A DNA stretch of 62,239 bases, the filler included, from Porpidia crustulata (Eukaryota), in the NCBI GenBank assembly GCA_964255105.1. It is 2 parts of 2 records of this genome, joined end to end, with 100 filler letters (N's around TTAATTAATTAA, not from the genome) between each part and the next. Parts side by side here need not be neighbours in the genome. Positions count along the whole stretch, not along the records: positions 1 to 31,297 come from CAXUWE010000017.1; 1 more part is not named here. One strand, 5' to 3'. The position numbers and the translations under genes were made by a program. This document shows positions 1 through 12,314 of the stretch, piece after piece (position 1 is the stretch's first letter; every line of letters begins with the position of its first letter). Under the pieces are notes generated by a model. That model was not told the DNA's origin and made no database searches. It saw only the letters and a program-made list of their open reading frames with translations.

Positions 1-1567
1 GTTGGGGGTAGAGGGGGTGAGGGGCTGAGCCAAGCTTGAGACCCAACGCGTTAGCGTAGGTACCAGACTTAATTTTTCACCATCTGCACAAGCTAGTCCA
101 CGATGCTTAACCGGACTCCCTGTATGCTCCCGTCTTGACACGCAGGCAGATCAGCTTGAAGGAAATGAGGAGCTGCATAGCCAATCCATGAATCAAGCCA
201 ACAATCAGGAATCTCCCTGCTGACACGTAGATAGATCGAAAGCCATGGCGTAAGCTGATACGCCTGCTCACTCAAGGCGTGAACTCGGTAAGCTCACCGC
301 TCTGCATCCTACACTGCTCTCAGCACACTACGTCGAGCAGCTCCTTCAACAATCGATGACGATTTTGATTTGCCGCAAGAAAATCTTCCTTCAAATCGCT
401 AATCACAGACCACCTCGGCCGAACTCCCTGCCTATCGAGGTGGGGAGGCATACTAAGCTCGGTGTAAGTCTTCTAAAGTGATTAGTAAGACATAATTAAG
501 CGAGAAACTGGCACACTTGAATGTTCCCCCGAGTCTACACCTGGCAGTCCGGGTCAACACATCGCCCTTATTAATACCTTTGTTATCCCGTCACGGCTTC
601 TACCGCTCGAACATTGGAGACTTGCCAAATGTAGATCCCAATGCATTGAAGCCTGGTACTCAACGGGGCCCCAGGTAGATAAGATAAGATGAGATGAGGA
701 ATCTTCCGCCGAGCAGCATGGCATAGATAAAGTGACTGCCTGTCTCGGCAAAAGCGATTCGATTTTAACGATTTGGAGTTCATTCTGACGTCCCATATTC
801 AAATAAATAAATAAATATACTTTTCGAAGAATTACATCGACAACGCATTGCGGTTACCCCACTTGCGCATTTGGAAAAATTCCCATGTTCATGGATTTGA
901 CGCTCGATGTCAGCCTCAGAGTGGGGGATCACCCTTTTGCAGTTCTTCAACCACGTGGAGATCCTGTCACCCTGTCTTTGCCTGTAGCCCTGCATTTAAG
1001 CTTAGAGTATCACTCTCGTTAAAACCACCTCCACGAACATCGAAATCCTTCAAATGCGGCAAATTGGGATACCCGCATTGCACTGTTCGGTGTGATATTT
1101 TGATCATGGAATGCAGTCATAATTAAGATCCAGAGCTTTGATATAAAGCCAAACTGAGGGCAAAGGGTTTATTGGCGGACCAGGTATACCCTAGAATCGA
1201 TGACATTAATTGATGGTGATGATTTTAGGAGGAGGCTATGTTGCTATCGAGGAGGTGAGAAAGATGAAGGGAATTTTCTGCTGGCGTACCAGCCCCATGC
1301 GGCGGAGATTGCCAATCAACCTGCCCAACTCCAACAAGAATAGAACAGGCAATCAGCAATTATAGGATATGTTGATATAGTTGCTAGCGTTTCAAACGAT
1401 CTTAGTATTTTCTTTGTCTATATAACAGTCCAATCATTACTTGCTTATCTCAAGTAAGAGCAACTCTATTGCATTCCTTAGAGTACCCAGGACCGTTACA
1501 TTTTGGTTACAACAATACGTGGGAAAAGGGGTAGACGACGTCAAAGGCATTGCCATGCCTCACAACC

Positions 1568-2533
1568 TTAGAATACCATAGTAGATCGTGCATCCTCCAA
1601 CAACAGAGCCAGTTTTTCCGGCACGGGACTTCTCACGTTCTGCACCCAATCCTGCAGATCTCCCGTGTAGCTGGCCTCACCCTTCATGTACTTGCTGTCT
1701 CCGTTGCCGTAGGACCACGCGACGTTCCTGGTCTGCTGTTTGTCGTACGAAGGAGCTTCGTTGAAGAACTTGCGTAGTCTGTCGTTCGCGGTCGCCGGAA
1801 TTTCACCACCTGGGACATTCAAGGCGTAAAATGCCACGCGCTTGATCTTGCCCGTGTTGTAGTCGATTGTAACGGCAAAGACAAATCGCTGCGTCGGGAG
1901 GAATTTGCTCAAGTCCTGAAACTCGGCTGCGGTTGGGGGCTTGCATCCGGCGAGGTTGGTGTACGCGGCCGCTTGGGCCTCGGAGATGGGGCCTGGGACA
2001 GTGAAGTAGATGTTCATGGTGTCGCTGTGGTGATCGACGGCGACGAAGTGGACGAGCTTGAGACCCAAGCTGTGGAACTTGGCTCGATGTACCCGGGCGC
2101 ATTCGGGGACTACTGCGGCGTCCAAGATATCGTCCACAGACCTTTGGCCTTTCAAGAAGATCCAGGTCTTGGCCACGCCCTCCTCAGGGTCCAAGTCACA
2201 CCACTGCACCGTGTCGCCGTTGAACAGGTCGCTCCAACATGTTGCCAGTCGCGCCATCGGACTACTGGCCTCGATGTAACCGGCCTTGACGGCAAGGGCA
2301 ACCGTGTCCAATCGACGACGGAGGTAGAATCGATAGTTCAACTTGTCATTGGGCCGACTGGTGGAGCGCCAAATCACGGTTCCCTCCTCGAAGCACCCGT
2401 CGAAGCTGCTTAGCGTTCCTTGAACTATTGGCTCGGAATATGAAGCACCGAGGGAATCCGCCGTCTTCTTGTAATCATCCAAGAATCGCGCTGAAGTAAA
2501 CGCACTCGGAGTTGGGGACGCTACTGCAGCCAT
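1568..2533 (-). CDS. ABBA-fold aromatic prenyltransferase, CloQ/NphB (PTase_Orf2) type, intronless
   Basis: 321-aa ORF with family-like segments LNYRFY, GVAKTWIFL, VAVDHHSDTMNIYF, APSYD, VAWSYG, YMKGEASY; no DDxxD motif and no TM helices. Confidence 0.85.
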   Translation of the reverse strand: MAAVASPTPSAFTSARFLDDYKKTADSLGASYSEPIVQGTLSSFDGCFEEGTVIWRSTSRPNDKLNYRFYLRRRLDTVALAVKAGYIEASSPMARLATCWSDLFNGDTVQWCDLDPEEGVAKTWIFLKGQRSVDDILDAAVVPECARVHRAKFHSLGLKLVHFVAVDHHSDTMNIYFTVPGPISEAQAAAYTNLAGCKPPTAAEFQDLSKFLPTQRFVFAVTIDYNTGKIKRVAFYALNVPGGEIPATANDRLRKFFNEAPSYDKQQTRNVAWSYGNGDSKYMKGEASYTGDLQDWVQNVRSPVPEKLALLLEDARSTMVF

Positions 2534-3244
2534 GATTGATCTTGATACAAAGTGAAGTAAAGTGAGATAGTTGAATTATATTTTCCCAAGTGCAGGTATC
2601 AATTGAAAATCTTGAATTCTTTGGACTAAGAGAGGAAAGACTGAAGTAGTGGAACGAAAGGATCCCTTTATATTATTGTTATGTGTATATCACACCAAGC
2701 ACGTCGGCGTATGTACGTAGTAACTTCTAGGGCTCTCTTGGTTGCGAACCCGCCGACACACACTCGGTCAAGTCGCAACACAGCCTCACCTACATGATCG
2801 CTATCGTACATGGGGATGACTTCGGTCAGCAGTATGCATCTAAGCACAAACGCACAGGTACCGAGTGATGCAGTGGATGGACTGAGATCCGCAAGCGACC
2901 GGAGTTCGGGGGGCTCGGGTTTCGAACATAGTTTTTAGAGTACTGCTGTGATATCAATATCCACTGAAACATACCATACTCGCTTCAACATCTGGTTGAT
3001 AGCCTCCATCTTGGGCTCCAACGGTAATCCTTAGGGCGATATTGCGTTACAATATTATGGAGAACGAGTTTGACCTATTCGGAAACTTTGTCGGGCTTGT
3101 CAGAAACCTATTGGGTGGCGTGAGTGGCATGGTCACTGATAAGACATTGTTGAACCCGCTTCTTTGTGTTTACCTTTCCGTTCGATAGTTCAAATGCAGG
3201 TCATCGAAATCAGATCCAGCCTAACCCGATGTGACGGTTGAGCC

Positions 3245-3255
3245 CCGAGGCCCGA
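3245..3255 (-). promoter_or_regulatory. TCGG-N3-TCGG putative Zn2Cys6 site upstream of prenyltransferase
   Basis: CCGAGGCCCGA; near match TCGGGTTTCGA at 2915-2925. Confidence 0.45.
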
Positions 3256-4122
3256 TTGCTCAATTCAACGTTGCACAAAGGCCTGAGTACCGACCTTAAG
3301 AAAAGGAAACCGATCAGAAGATAGTTTTGAATTCCAAAGAACAGGATCAAACCAACATCCTATGAGACATAAGCTCTCTCGTTGGCCATGAGCAACCGGA
3401 ACGACGTCGGCGTTCAAGTTGAAGATATCACCACTATTCATCTACGCCTCTCGAAACACTCCTCATCGATCTGTACGAGTACCGATCACAAACCATAACA
3501 TCTTCTACGAAAGGTAGTACCACTTGCGCACATAATAAGTCTCTTTGCGACATGTTTCACTCCGAGCTTCCAGTCTACCAACTCACCATGCCCGATTGGG
3601 CTTTGGAAGACTCGTCTCACACAGAATGGGTGATGATTGAAGCCTCTTGCGAACATGTGTGGAATCGACCGTGGTGTAGCCTTGGGTAGGAGACGCTGGG
3701 ACTTGATTAGTGGGGAAATTATGGTCGAGAGGACAATTTCACACTGTAGTTTCTCTCTAGGGAAACTGTTCAGGCATTTACTGCCGTACTGGTACCAGCG
3801 CATTAATTGTCCTAGCTTTCCCTACCTCAAGTAATATTACTGTTCAGACTCTTAGGTCATCGAATCAACAGGAAATATAATCCTCTGTAAGGCTTTCAAG
3901 AGCGGAAAGAAGGGTATGTTTGTGATACGGACTAGATACTGTGGATGAATGACGTACTTGGATTGAACTAACTAAGTCTATTTCGATGTGTATCGAAATT
4001 TAATCATTACTAAAATTTCCACAGCATCACTGAATGGAAGTATCTATTTCTAGTGAGCCACACAACATCTTTCCACGGTCTTCCCAATCAACGTCTCTTT
4101 CCCCTTTTTATCGTTCAGCTTC

Positions 4123-4883
4123 CTAAGCCCCATAGACCTTCATCCTATCCTCAACAGGATCGAACGTCTTCTCCATAATTCTTGATCCCGCAGGCTTTCC
4201 AAACACCATCTGAGCTTTCAAGCTCCATTCGGCTGGGATGTTCCACTCCTTGGCCGCCACGGCATCCACCATTGGATTATAATGCTGCAGGTTGACCCCG
4301 AGACCCTCTGCGGTCAGCATCGTCCAAATAGCATACTGCAGCATTCCGCTTGCATGCTCCGACCCTGTAGTAATGAAGTCAGAACCTTACACGTTCTATG
4401 TTGCCGTAACCTCTACTGTGTAGCAAAGGGCTAAGAAGCGTCGCTGCTTACATTGAGGAATCTTGTCTTTCACGATGGGCATTTTCTCTTCCGTCTTCTT
4501 CAGCGCGGTAGCATCCTCGTAAAACAAGATCTGGATACACACGCATGTCAACACAGTGATCTAGTGAGAGCCCTGATAAGACTTACGGTTCCGTACGCCG
4601 CGCGGAACATCTTGATTCGCGGGCCAAAGACCATTTCGAAGACCTGCGGCGGAACCTTGCCTTTGGCAACATCGTGGGCCAAATCCCAGAATTTCTTGTG
4701 CTCGTCCTTCAGAAGGATCACAGCTCGACTAGACTGGGAGTTGAACGCTGTGGGAGAGTGAAGGATACCGTCACGGACGATTTCCTGGACGTGCGCATCG
4801 GAGATCTCGACGTCGTCCGAAAGCGTGTGCAGCGAACCTCGATTTTTGAAGGCCTCGCCAACGGTGAGCTTGGATTTCAACAT
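4123..4883 (-). CDS. Nitroreductase-family protein (Frm2/Hbn1-like), 3 exons
   Basis: HSPTAFNSQSSRAVIL, AAYGT|ILFYED, WSEHASGMLQYAIW, GVNLQHYNP, AQMVFG, joined by GT..AG introns. Confidence 0.88.
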
Positions 4884-5137
4884 GGTCAGCCTTGGATGGG
4901 GTGGAATATGTCAGAGTGTTTGTGTGTAAAAAATGATCTTGGCAAGATGCTTAATGAAGTCAGGTTGGGCGCATTAAGAATAGCACGTGTAGAAACGAGG
5001 ATAGGAATGACTACGATGGGCGGGAAGGCTAAGATAAAGGGTATTCATCAGAATGGCAGCGACAAACAGTCTGCTGGTAGAAGGCAGTCGTTTCAGCCCC
5101 AAGGTCAGCTCAATGCTGTGTAACATCCCACCGGGAT

Positions 5138-5148
5138 TCGGGGCTCGG
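5138..5148 (+). promoter_or_regulatory. TCGG-N3-TCGG putative site upstream of nitroreductase
   Basis: TCGGGGCTCGG. Confidence 0.45.
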
Positions 5149-6200
5149 AACACCGACAGATTGACACAGCCACGACAGCCGAGCGGAAGGATTGACCCGG
5201 GCCCTGCATGCCACCATGTTTAAGCATATTTATATACCTAGATACCTTATCATTAATTTTCTGTATGCGCCCACCAACCCCACATCCATGGATCTTCAGG
5301 TCAGACTGCATGGGAGTTCCTGGGATCACACGAAACAACATCTCGATGCCTCCGGTCTTCGGTGTTGGGTGTGAAGTTCTCCGTCCAATCACTTCCACGG
5401 TTACCCACTCTTCGCTGGGAACTCAATGTTCACAAGTCGTGGAACAGGGACGAATTTTGAGCTGGAAACAGTCGTTGAAATTAAAACGATTACGATAACG
5501 ATAGAGGCGGAGCAGTAGGTAGGCAATTACACCTTAGACATTGCTCAATCATCTTTTTGTATGTTTTATTCTTCTCCTTTGAGACTTAGTAGTTGAATAC
5601 TAGTTTACCTTATAACGTCCCTCCATGGGTGGCGGAAACCCACCTGTGCCGGAATGAATCCGTCATTTAGGCATCTCAATTCTGTCCTCGCAATTCTATC
5701 AAATTATCAAAAATGTAGTTCTATTCTTAAGACATTCCTCTATAGAACGCTGTTGTGCAGCTAGAAAAATACAGCACTTTTGATCGTCCTCTTAATTGTT
5801 CCTTTCGAGCAGCCAGAACTGCATTTGCTTTACACCCCTACTTCACTGTAACAATCTGCAAATTATTAAGTTTCGGAGCATTGAATTGATGATCGTATAA
5901 CAAAAGAAGGTAACTCGAAGCTTTTAAAGACGCTTGGCCCTTGAAAGTATGCATTCCGAATTTATCCTTACAAAGAGGTCGGCGACTTGTCTATGAGAAT
6001 TTCGCGCCCTTCCATTGTTGCGGTATCAGTCACCTAACTCATGGTATTGTATTATACACTATGCCTGATTGACTCGAAGTGTGGCTCACTTTCTAGAAAC
6101 ATCTATCGACGGTCATGTGTCGGGGCTATTTTGGGCAGCCGGGTGTGCCCCGCCCTTATTGTTGTTAGCTGTCTCCCGTATCCTTTCCATCACCACAATC

Positions 6201-7922
6201 ATGCATATGGACCGAGCCAGCCAGGTACTGGCGCAAAGTCTGCCTCCAGATGTACCTAGAACTTGGGCTGCCCTATCAGAAAGGAGCGGTGTCCCTCTCA
6301 CTACGCTCTATTATCGTGCACACAGACGACAGTCCATGCAAGAAAAGGCCCAAGGCCAGCAATACCTTGCCCCAGAGGAAGAGAAGGCCCTCGTTACGTT
6401 TTTGTTACTAATGTCTGATCTTGGGCAACCTGTTCGAGTAAAATACATACCTTCGCTAGCCTTTAGCATCGCCCGCCAGCGGTCTATCGTTACAACGGAT
6501 GGTCCAATCAAGCCTCCAAACAAGAACTGGCCCCGAGCCTTTGGGAAACGCAATCCCGAACTCAAAGCGAGAAGAGTTAGGGCGATAGACTGGAAACGTC
6601 ACGAGAATAATATATATGTGAAAATCACACACTGGTTCGAAGTGATTGGAAGAATTATACAGGATCCGGCCATCCTACGAGAAAACGTATATAACATGGA
6701 CGAGACGGGGGTCATGTTAAGCATGCTCGGCTCCGTCAAAGTCCTTGTAGGTAAGGATGACTTACGAGACTATAGAGGCGCGGGTGTCAAGCGGACAATG
6801 GTATCTGCTATTGAGTGTATTAGTGCAGACGGTAGGTTACTGCTCCCTCTCATAATCTGGCCAGCTTCAACTCACCGAAGCAACTGGACTGCGTACCCAA
6901 CCCCTGGATGGCATTACGCACATTCGGAAAATGGATACAACGACTCCAAAATTAGCTTGGAGTGGCTTACTCGTGTGTTTGATCCCCAAACCAAAGGACC
7001 AGCTAACCAGGGACCACGGGTACTAATCTGTGACGGCTTTGGGTCACATGAGACACTCGAGATCTTAGAGTTTTGCTTTGAAAATAACATTCTCCTATGT
7101 CGTCTCCCCTCCCACACGTCTCACAAGCTCCAGCCCTGTGATGTCGGGGTCTTTGCGCCTTTGAAGACAGCCTATCGCGACGAGGTTGAACGACTGTATC
7201 GAGGAGGTTTGGATACAGTTGGCAAGGAGCATTTTACCTCTCTATACAAGCCTACAAGGGAAAGGTCGTTGACCAAGAGAAACATTATGGCCGGATGGGC
7301 CGCGACTGGTTTGTTTCCGTTTAATCCAGAGAGAGTCCTCCGACATACACCGAAGCCCACTTCTGAACTTACAGTTTCGAAAGCTAATGACGTGTTGTCT
7401 TGTCCGCAAGACCAAGTACTGCAAATGCCTGCAACGCCTGTAACGCCAGTAACAATAGAGGCTCTTACGTCGTTGCATAATCTGATTAAACAGGAGCTTG
7501 ATGAGCCAAATACAGATCGCATACAGAGGCACGTACAGAAGCTTGCAAGTGCCGCCAAGATATCATTCGCCAAACAAACACTGTTTCAGGATCAAAATCG
7601 ATTCTTGTCCAAAATAAATAACGAAGCCAAAGTTCGCCGCTCGACCAGATCAGTGGTCCTAGGGAAGGCGAAGGTGATGAGCTACGAGGACCTTGAGGAG
7701 GCACGAGCAAAGCGTGCTGCGAAGGAGAAAGCTACCACGGGCAAAGGAAAACGCAATTCTAAGCGCAAGAGTCCTATGCCAGAGCCAGAAGTACAGGCGG
7801 GTTCGCCAAAGGTAGTGACGGATTCATCAGTGCCAAAGGACAAAGTGGCGAGGATGAGCGAAGTCGAGCCAGCGAAGACCCTAGGAGCGCCATGGAGGGC
7901 CCCAGTGGCCCGGATGTATTAG
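6201..7922 (+). mobile_element. pogo/Fot1-family DDE transposase, uninterrupted ORF
   Basis: N-terminal HTH/CENP-B-like region; NMDETG, DGFGSH, HKLQPCDVGVF catalytic motifs; no convincing TIR pair found. Confidence 0.92.
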
Positions 7923-8693
7923 GATAGTACTATTAATTCAGGATAACTTTGCGCCGGGAGTTGCACAGGTTATACTATCCATCCCTGAGGTTGAAAGATC
8001 TCTACCGAGCGAAACACCACCCAGATATTTTCCATCTTCACAAGTTTTCGCAATGCACATCCCTTTGTCTGCATCGAACTATAGCGATTTGTTATTGTAA
8101 AGTAGCTTGACAATAATAATTGCTTATCTAAATACAAAATTACTTGACTTTGATTATGGGAAAGTCCCGGCGAAGCTGAGAAATAACAGAAGTGCTAACC
8201 AACGTCCAGAAGCAACTGCCCAAAAATAGACAGCCAGTTTGCGATTCCATGAAGAGTTAAGTTGAATCGGTCTACCATCCATACAACTCTTAAAAGCACG
8301 ACGCAGTTATGTGACATGATGCATCCGGCGCGAAATCGCACATGCTCCGGGAGATTCCAATCTAGCAAAGGCGCAGAAGCCACCAACGCAGGATGGCGCA
8401 GTCTCTGCAAATTCATCGCAAGGTACCGCACAGCGGCAGTCCTCAAAATCCGTTCTCCTATTCTATTCCAGGAGACATTGTCCTCCATCCTACAAAAGCG
8501 CTCTATCGACCGTCCACTACCATCGATACCTTCTTTCGTCCCCGCAACGACACCTCCTCACGCCCAACATGGCGTGTATTCAACGATACGTATGCGACCG
8601 CTGTACGCAAACATGGAGACGTTACAAGGCTCAGGCTCCATCTTCGACAGTCATCCGGGCTACAGAGACTAGTGCACGCGTCGAACGACGTCT

Positions 8694-10848
8694 TTAGATC
8701 CCGAAATGTACATATGGAACCCAATAAAGCGGCGGATCCTCGTATAGTTCGGCTGTTCTTGGAACTCTCGTCGTCGCTTGACCTGAGCGTGGTTGTTCCA
8801 TCGCCGCGGGACCCTCAGCGCGGACGGCGGCCATGCGCTTTGATGTACGGGCTGCACTTTCCAAGTTCCATTGGCTACGAAGATGTCGGCTCGCCTGATG
8901 GAGGCCTTCCGCCACAGAATCGTCGCTCATGTTTCCTCGTTTCATCCACTCGTATGTCATGGCCGCCGCCTCAACGCATGACTGGTCGTTTACCTTCCAC
9001 AACGTGCCGATGACATGCCGGAAACCGGCAAGCTGGCACGCGCCGATCAGATGAAGCGCCTCGTCTGTGAGGTTGTCGTGCTTGGCCTCCCCTGTCCCGC
9101 ACGCCGAGAGGTAAGCAAGGAATGGCGCGCGACTGTGCAGGTTTAGCTCCAACAGACTCCCCACAGTGAGCGGTCCGTCGCTGAGAAGTAGAGAGCTCTT
9201 TGATGGATCCGACGGGTGCGTGAGCCCATGGCCGGCAAAGTGGAAGATTCTGCAGTCTCGTAGCGTGGAGAGGACATTGTCCTGGCGAGCCGATGGTATT
9301 GTTACGTCCAGCTGCATCGATCGGCACAGGCGGCTCAGCTTTGCAATCTCCTCCGGCACATATCGAAGATGATCCTGGTCTGGCGTCATTTCCATGCCTA
9401 CCAGAATAGCCTTATTTACTTCCGGTGCCACCTTCACCCTTGAACGCCGTTGATGGCTTTGAATGAGCGCTCGGATTGAGGAGCTGTATGATGAGATTAC
9501 TCGGTCCAGGACCGTATTGCAGGAGCCGCGAGAAAGATCTCCTGCTGCATGGAGAGGAAACTTGGTGAGAGGTCCGGTGGGAATCCACCATATCCGGGGC
9601 CAACTACCACTCGGCGCTTGGATGAGCCCCAGCGCATCTAGGGCCGGCTTCCCAATTGTGTCCCACAACCATTCTATCAGCTGCTGTTCTGGCTTTTCCA
9701 AGATTGCTGCGCGAGCCCGAACATCTTTGCTGTCTAGGTCAGGGAGCCGTAAAGCCTGGAGCCCGCGTTTCTCGATGATTAGCGCATCGCAGCGGTAGTC
9801 GCTCACGTTGATGACCACGACTGGCCCCGAGACTGCGGCGGCTTTCAGCTCATTCTCCGTCGGGGCCAGGAGAAATCGCTCAAAGCCGGGCAGTCTCCGG
9901 ATGTCTTCGATCATCTGCTCCAGCTTCTGGCCCGTGTTGTGGCGCTGATCAATCCGGCGCGTGACTTCTGCCGGGAGATAGAGATCATCAGATCGACGCG
10001 CCATGGCTGTTGGAGCATCAAGCTGATCCCGAAGGCTGATGTAATCTTCTGCTAACTGGGGATGTTTCTGCTGGAGATCGAAGATATCCGCGCGTAGTTC
10101 GTTGAGAGAGGCCGCAATGATCCCACGGCCAAGTTCCAAAAGTTGGATCGCCTCATATGATGATTTCGCCACCATCAGAGCGATTGCTGCCGCGTCAGAA
10201 GCCAAGCCAGCAACTTCAGTGAGCAAGTTTTGCCTATCTGAAGTCTCGAGAGAGCGAGTTGTAAGTAGGGCGATCAGAGACACCGTGGTAGAGGCAGTTC
10301 CGTGGGCCAATAACCAGTCTTCAGCTTCGGCATGCAACCTAGTTACAAGAACACCAGATCTTAGCCTATCAAGAGTATGAGACGTGTGATGATCAAGGGA
10401 TTCTTGGAACTGTTGAATGGCTGCGTCTAGATCTGCCTCTGTTCCTTTTCTATGATATCTANNNNNNNNNNNNNNNNNNNNNNNNNNNNNNNNNNNNNNN
10501 NNNNNNNNNNNNNNNNNNNNNNNNNNNNNNNNNNNNNNNNNNNNNNNNNNNNNNNNNNNNNTGATCGTCTGACGTCAATCTAATAGATTCTAAGAACTGT
10601 TGAATGGCTGCGTCTAGATCTGCCTCTGTTCCTTTTCTATGATATCTATCTCGATATCCAATCCCGAGGCTTTGAAGTCGACCCGCTCGTTCTGGATGAT
10701 CGTCTGACGTCAATCTAATAGATTCTAAGAACTGTTGAATGGCTGCGTCTAAGTCTTCCATATCTCGTTTCTTTCTTTTACTGATGATATTCGCTTTCTG
10801 TCGAATATTTAAAGTCGTATTGAAGGCTGATTTAGACTGTAGGCTCAC
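8694..10848 (-). CDS. TPR-repeat + CHAT (caspase HetF-associated) protease; spans assembly gap, 5' end uncertain
   Basis: RIWWIPTGPLTKFPLHAAG, VISSYSSS, FHFAGHG (His), YLSACGTG (Cys), AGFRHVIGTLW, WVPYVHFG; upstream 45-aa TPR-like repeats DLDAAIQQF. Confidence 0.9.
10400..10760 (-). repeat. Near-identical 135-bp (45-aa) coding tandem repeats
   Basis: tgatcgtctgacgtcaatctaatagattctaagaactgttgaatggctgcgtcta at 10562 and 10697; a further copy of part of the unit lies left of the gap (~10408-10461). Confidence 0.88.
10462..10561. other. Assembly gap (100 N) inside the TPR array
   Basis: N run flanked by repeat copies. Confidence 0.97.
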
Positions 10849-12314
10849 TTTTGAAGACGAACAGATATGCTTCTAGTGCTTAACTTATGGTCGGAACGTC
10901 GTTCTGCCCTCTAGAGATTCTTCCTTATCTAGGAAAGAGTGATTGCGGCTCTAGGTAGGTCATGAAAAAGGCTGCAACAGTATTAATGTACGTGTACCAG
11001 GTAACCAGACGCGCTGGTGAAGCATCGTCCCAACGTTACGGTTCTGATGGGGTAAATGGCCAGGGCACTCGACGAACAGAAGCCTGTCGTTCTTTATACA
11101 CCTGCTAGAGGTAGCCCCACGTGAGGCTAACACGGACGGAGCTCGAGCATAAGACATTGTCTAAGCGTGCTTATACCCGAGTGCCTTGGAGCTAGGCAGA
11201 CGTTGGGAAGATAAGGCGCTACGCTGTCTGGATCTAGAATGTTAGGTAGTTGCTAATGGGTAGAATTCACGGAACGACACGTCATTACTGTACAAGAATG
11301 GGAGCCCCTCTTCCTCCATTAGGATAACGCTGGAGACGCAGCCGCGAAGGGACCTTCGGCATCTTGCGATAGCCGTTGCCATCCTTGCTTGTAACTTAGA
11401 GGCTGACCACCTAGACCGCTCACCGCACACTTCGGCGATTTAATCGTGGCTACAGTAGGTGGCTTCCACAGACTCATCTTTGACTTACTGGAGGCTTGAT
11501 GCACGCGAGCCTCTTTCTTTTTCGTGGATGCGCACCTCCGAAACGTTTCCTGTCGCCAATGGCTAGTCGATGCTCGCCAGGACTGCGAGGAATTTTAGGT
11601 CTGTCTTCCGATTCATACACTCATGTCAGCCGTTTCTAGGGGGTTTAGCATTGACTGCAGCCACTAGTGATTCGTCAATGGCGCAGGGCGTCGACTGCGC
11701 CCGCGCATTCGCTGCTTGCCCTCGGTTGGGTCTGGACCCTTGTGACGGCAACGCTGGGCTGACTCGAGGGCGCACTACTGTACAGCAGCTTACCCACAGA
11801 CCAGTACTTGTAGAGTATCCAAGGTACCTCTTACTAGACAGACACGCACAAAGATAAGTCAGGCACAATGCCGTATGGAAGTGGATGATCAGCACTTAAG
11901 TGTCTAGCATGTAGTTGGGGCCGTCGAGTCAACTACGTGCCACAAGAACAGCAATGCATTTACCCGACGCAGCGGTTTCCGGCCGGGCAGGCTGCTCAAT
12001 TTCGTATTTTTACGCTATGTAGGGCGGCTTTTGTCGCGCTGTTTCATCATGAGCTTCCTACAAATGTACTGGAGAGTTGTACTTTATCACTTGGGTAAGT
12101 GGCCTACTCGCAGGCTCCGCAAAAGACCGCATGTATGCAGTGAGATGCCTGAATGATCTCTCACGTGCCTAGATACGTTGCAAGCCCACGCACTTCTATC
12201 GTGCTACCATTTGGGTTACTTCTCACACTTTGTTAACCTATACGCCCATATAAAACCCTGATTACTTGATCTGTTTTCCATACTAGAGCCGGTATATATC
12301 CTTGCTGCTGGTTC

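Noticed and set aside
1..1500. Short ORFs at the window start
   Set aside because: No family motifs; likely intergenic
6040..7980. Possible TIR pair (tatacactatgc vs reverse complement tataacctgtgc) for the transposase
   Set aside because: Only about 9/12 identity; not convincing
10400..10760. Regular repeats resembling a CRISPR array
   Set aside because: In-frame 135-bp coding units with no unique spacers, in a eukaryotic context
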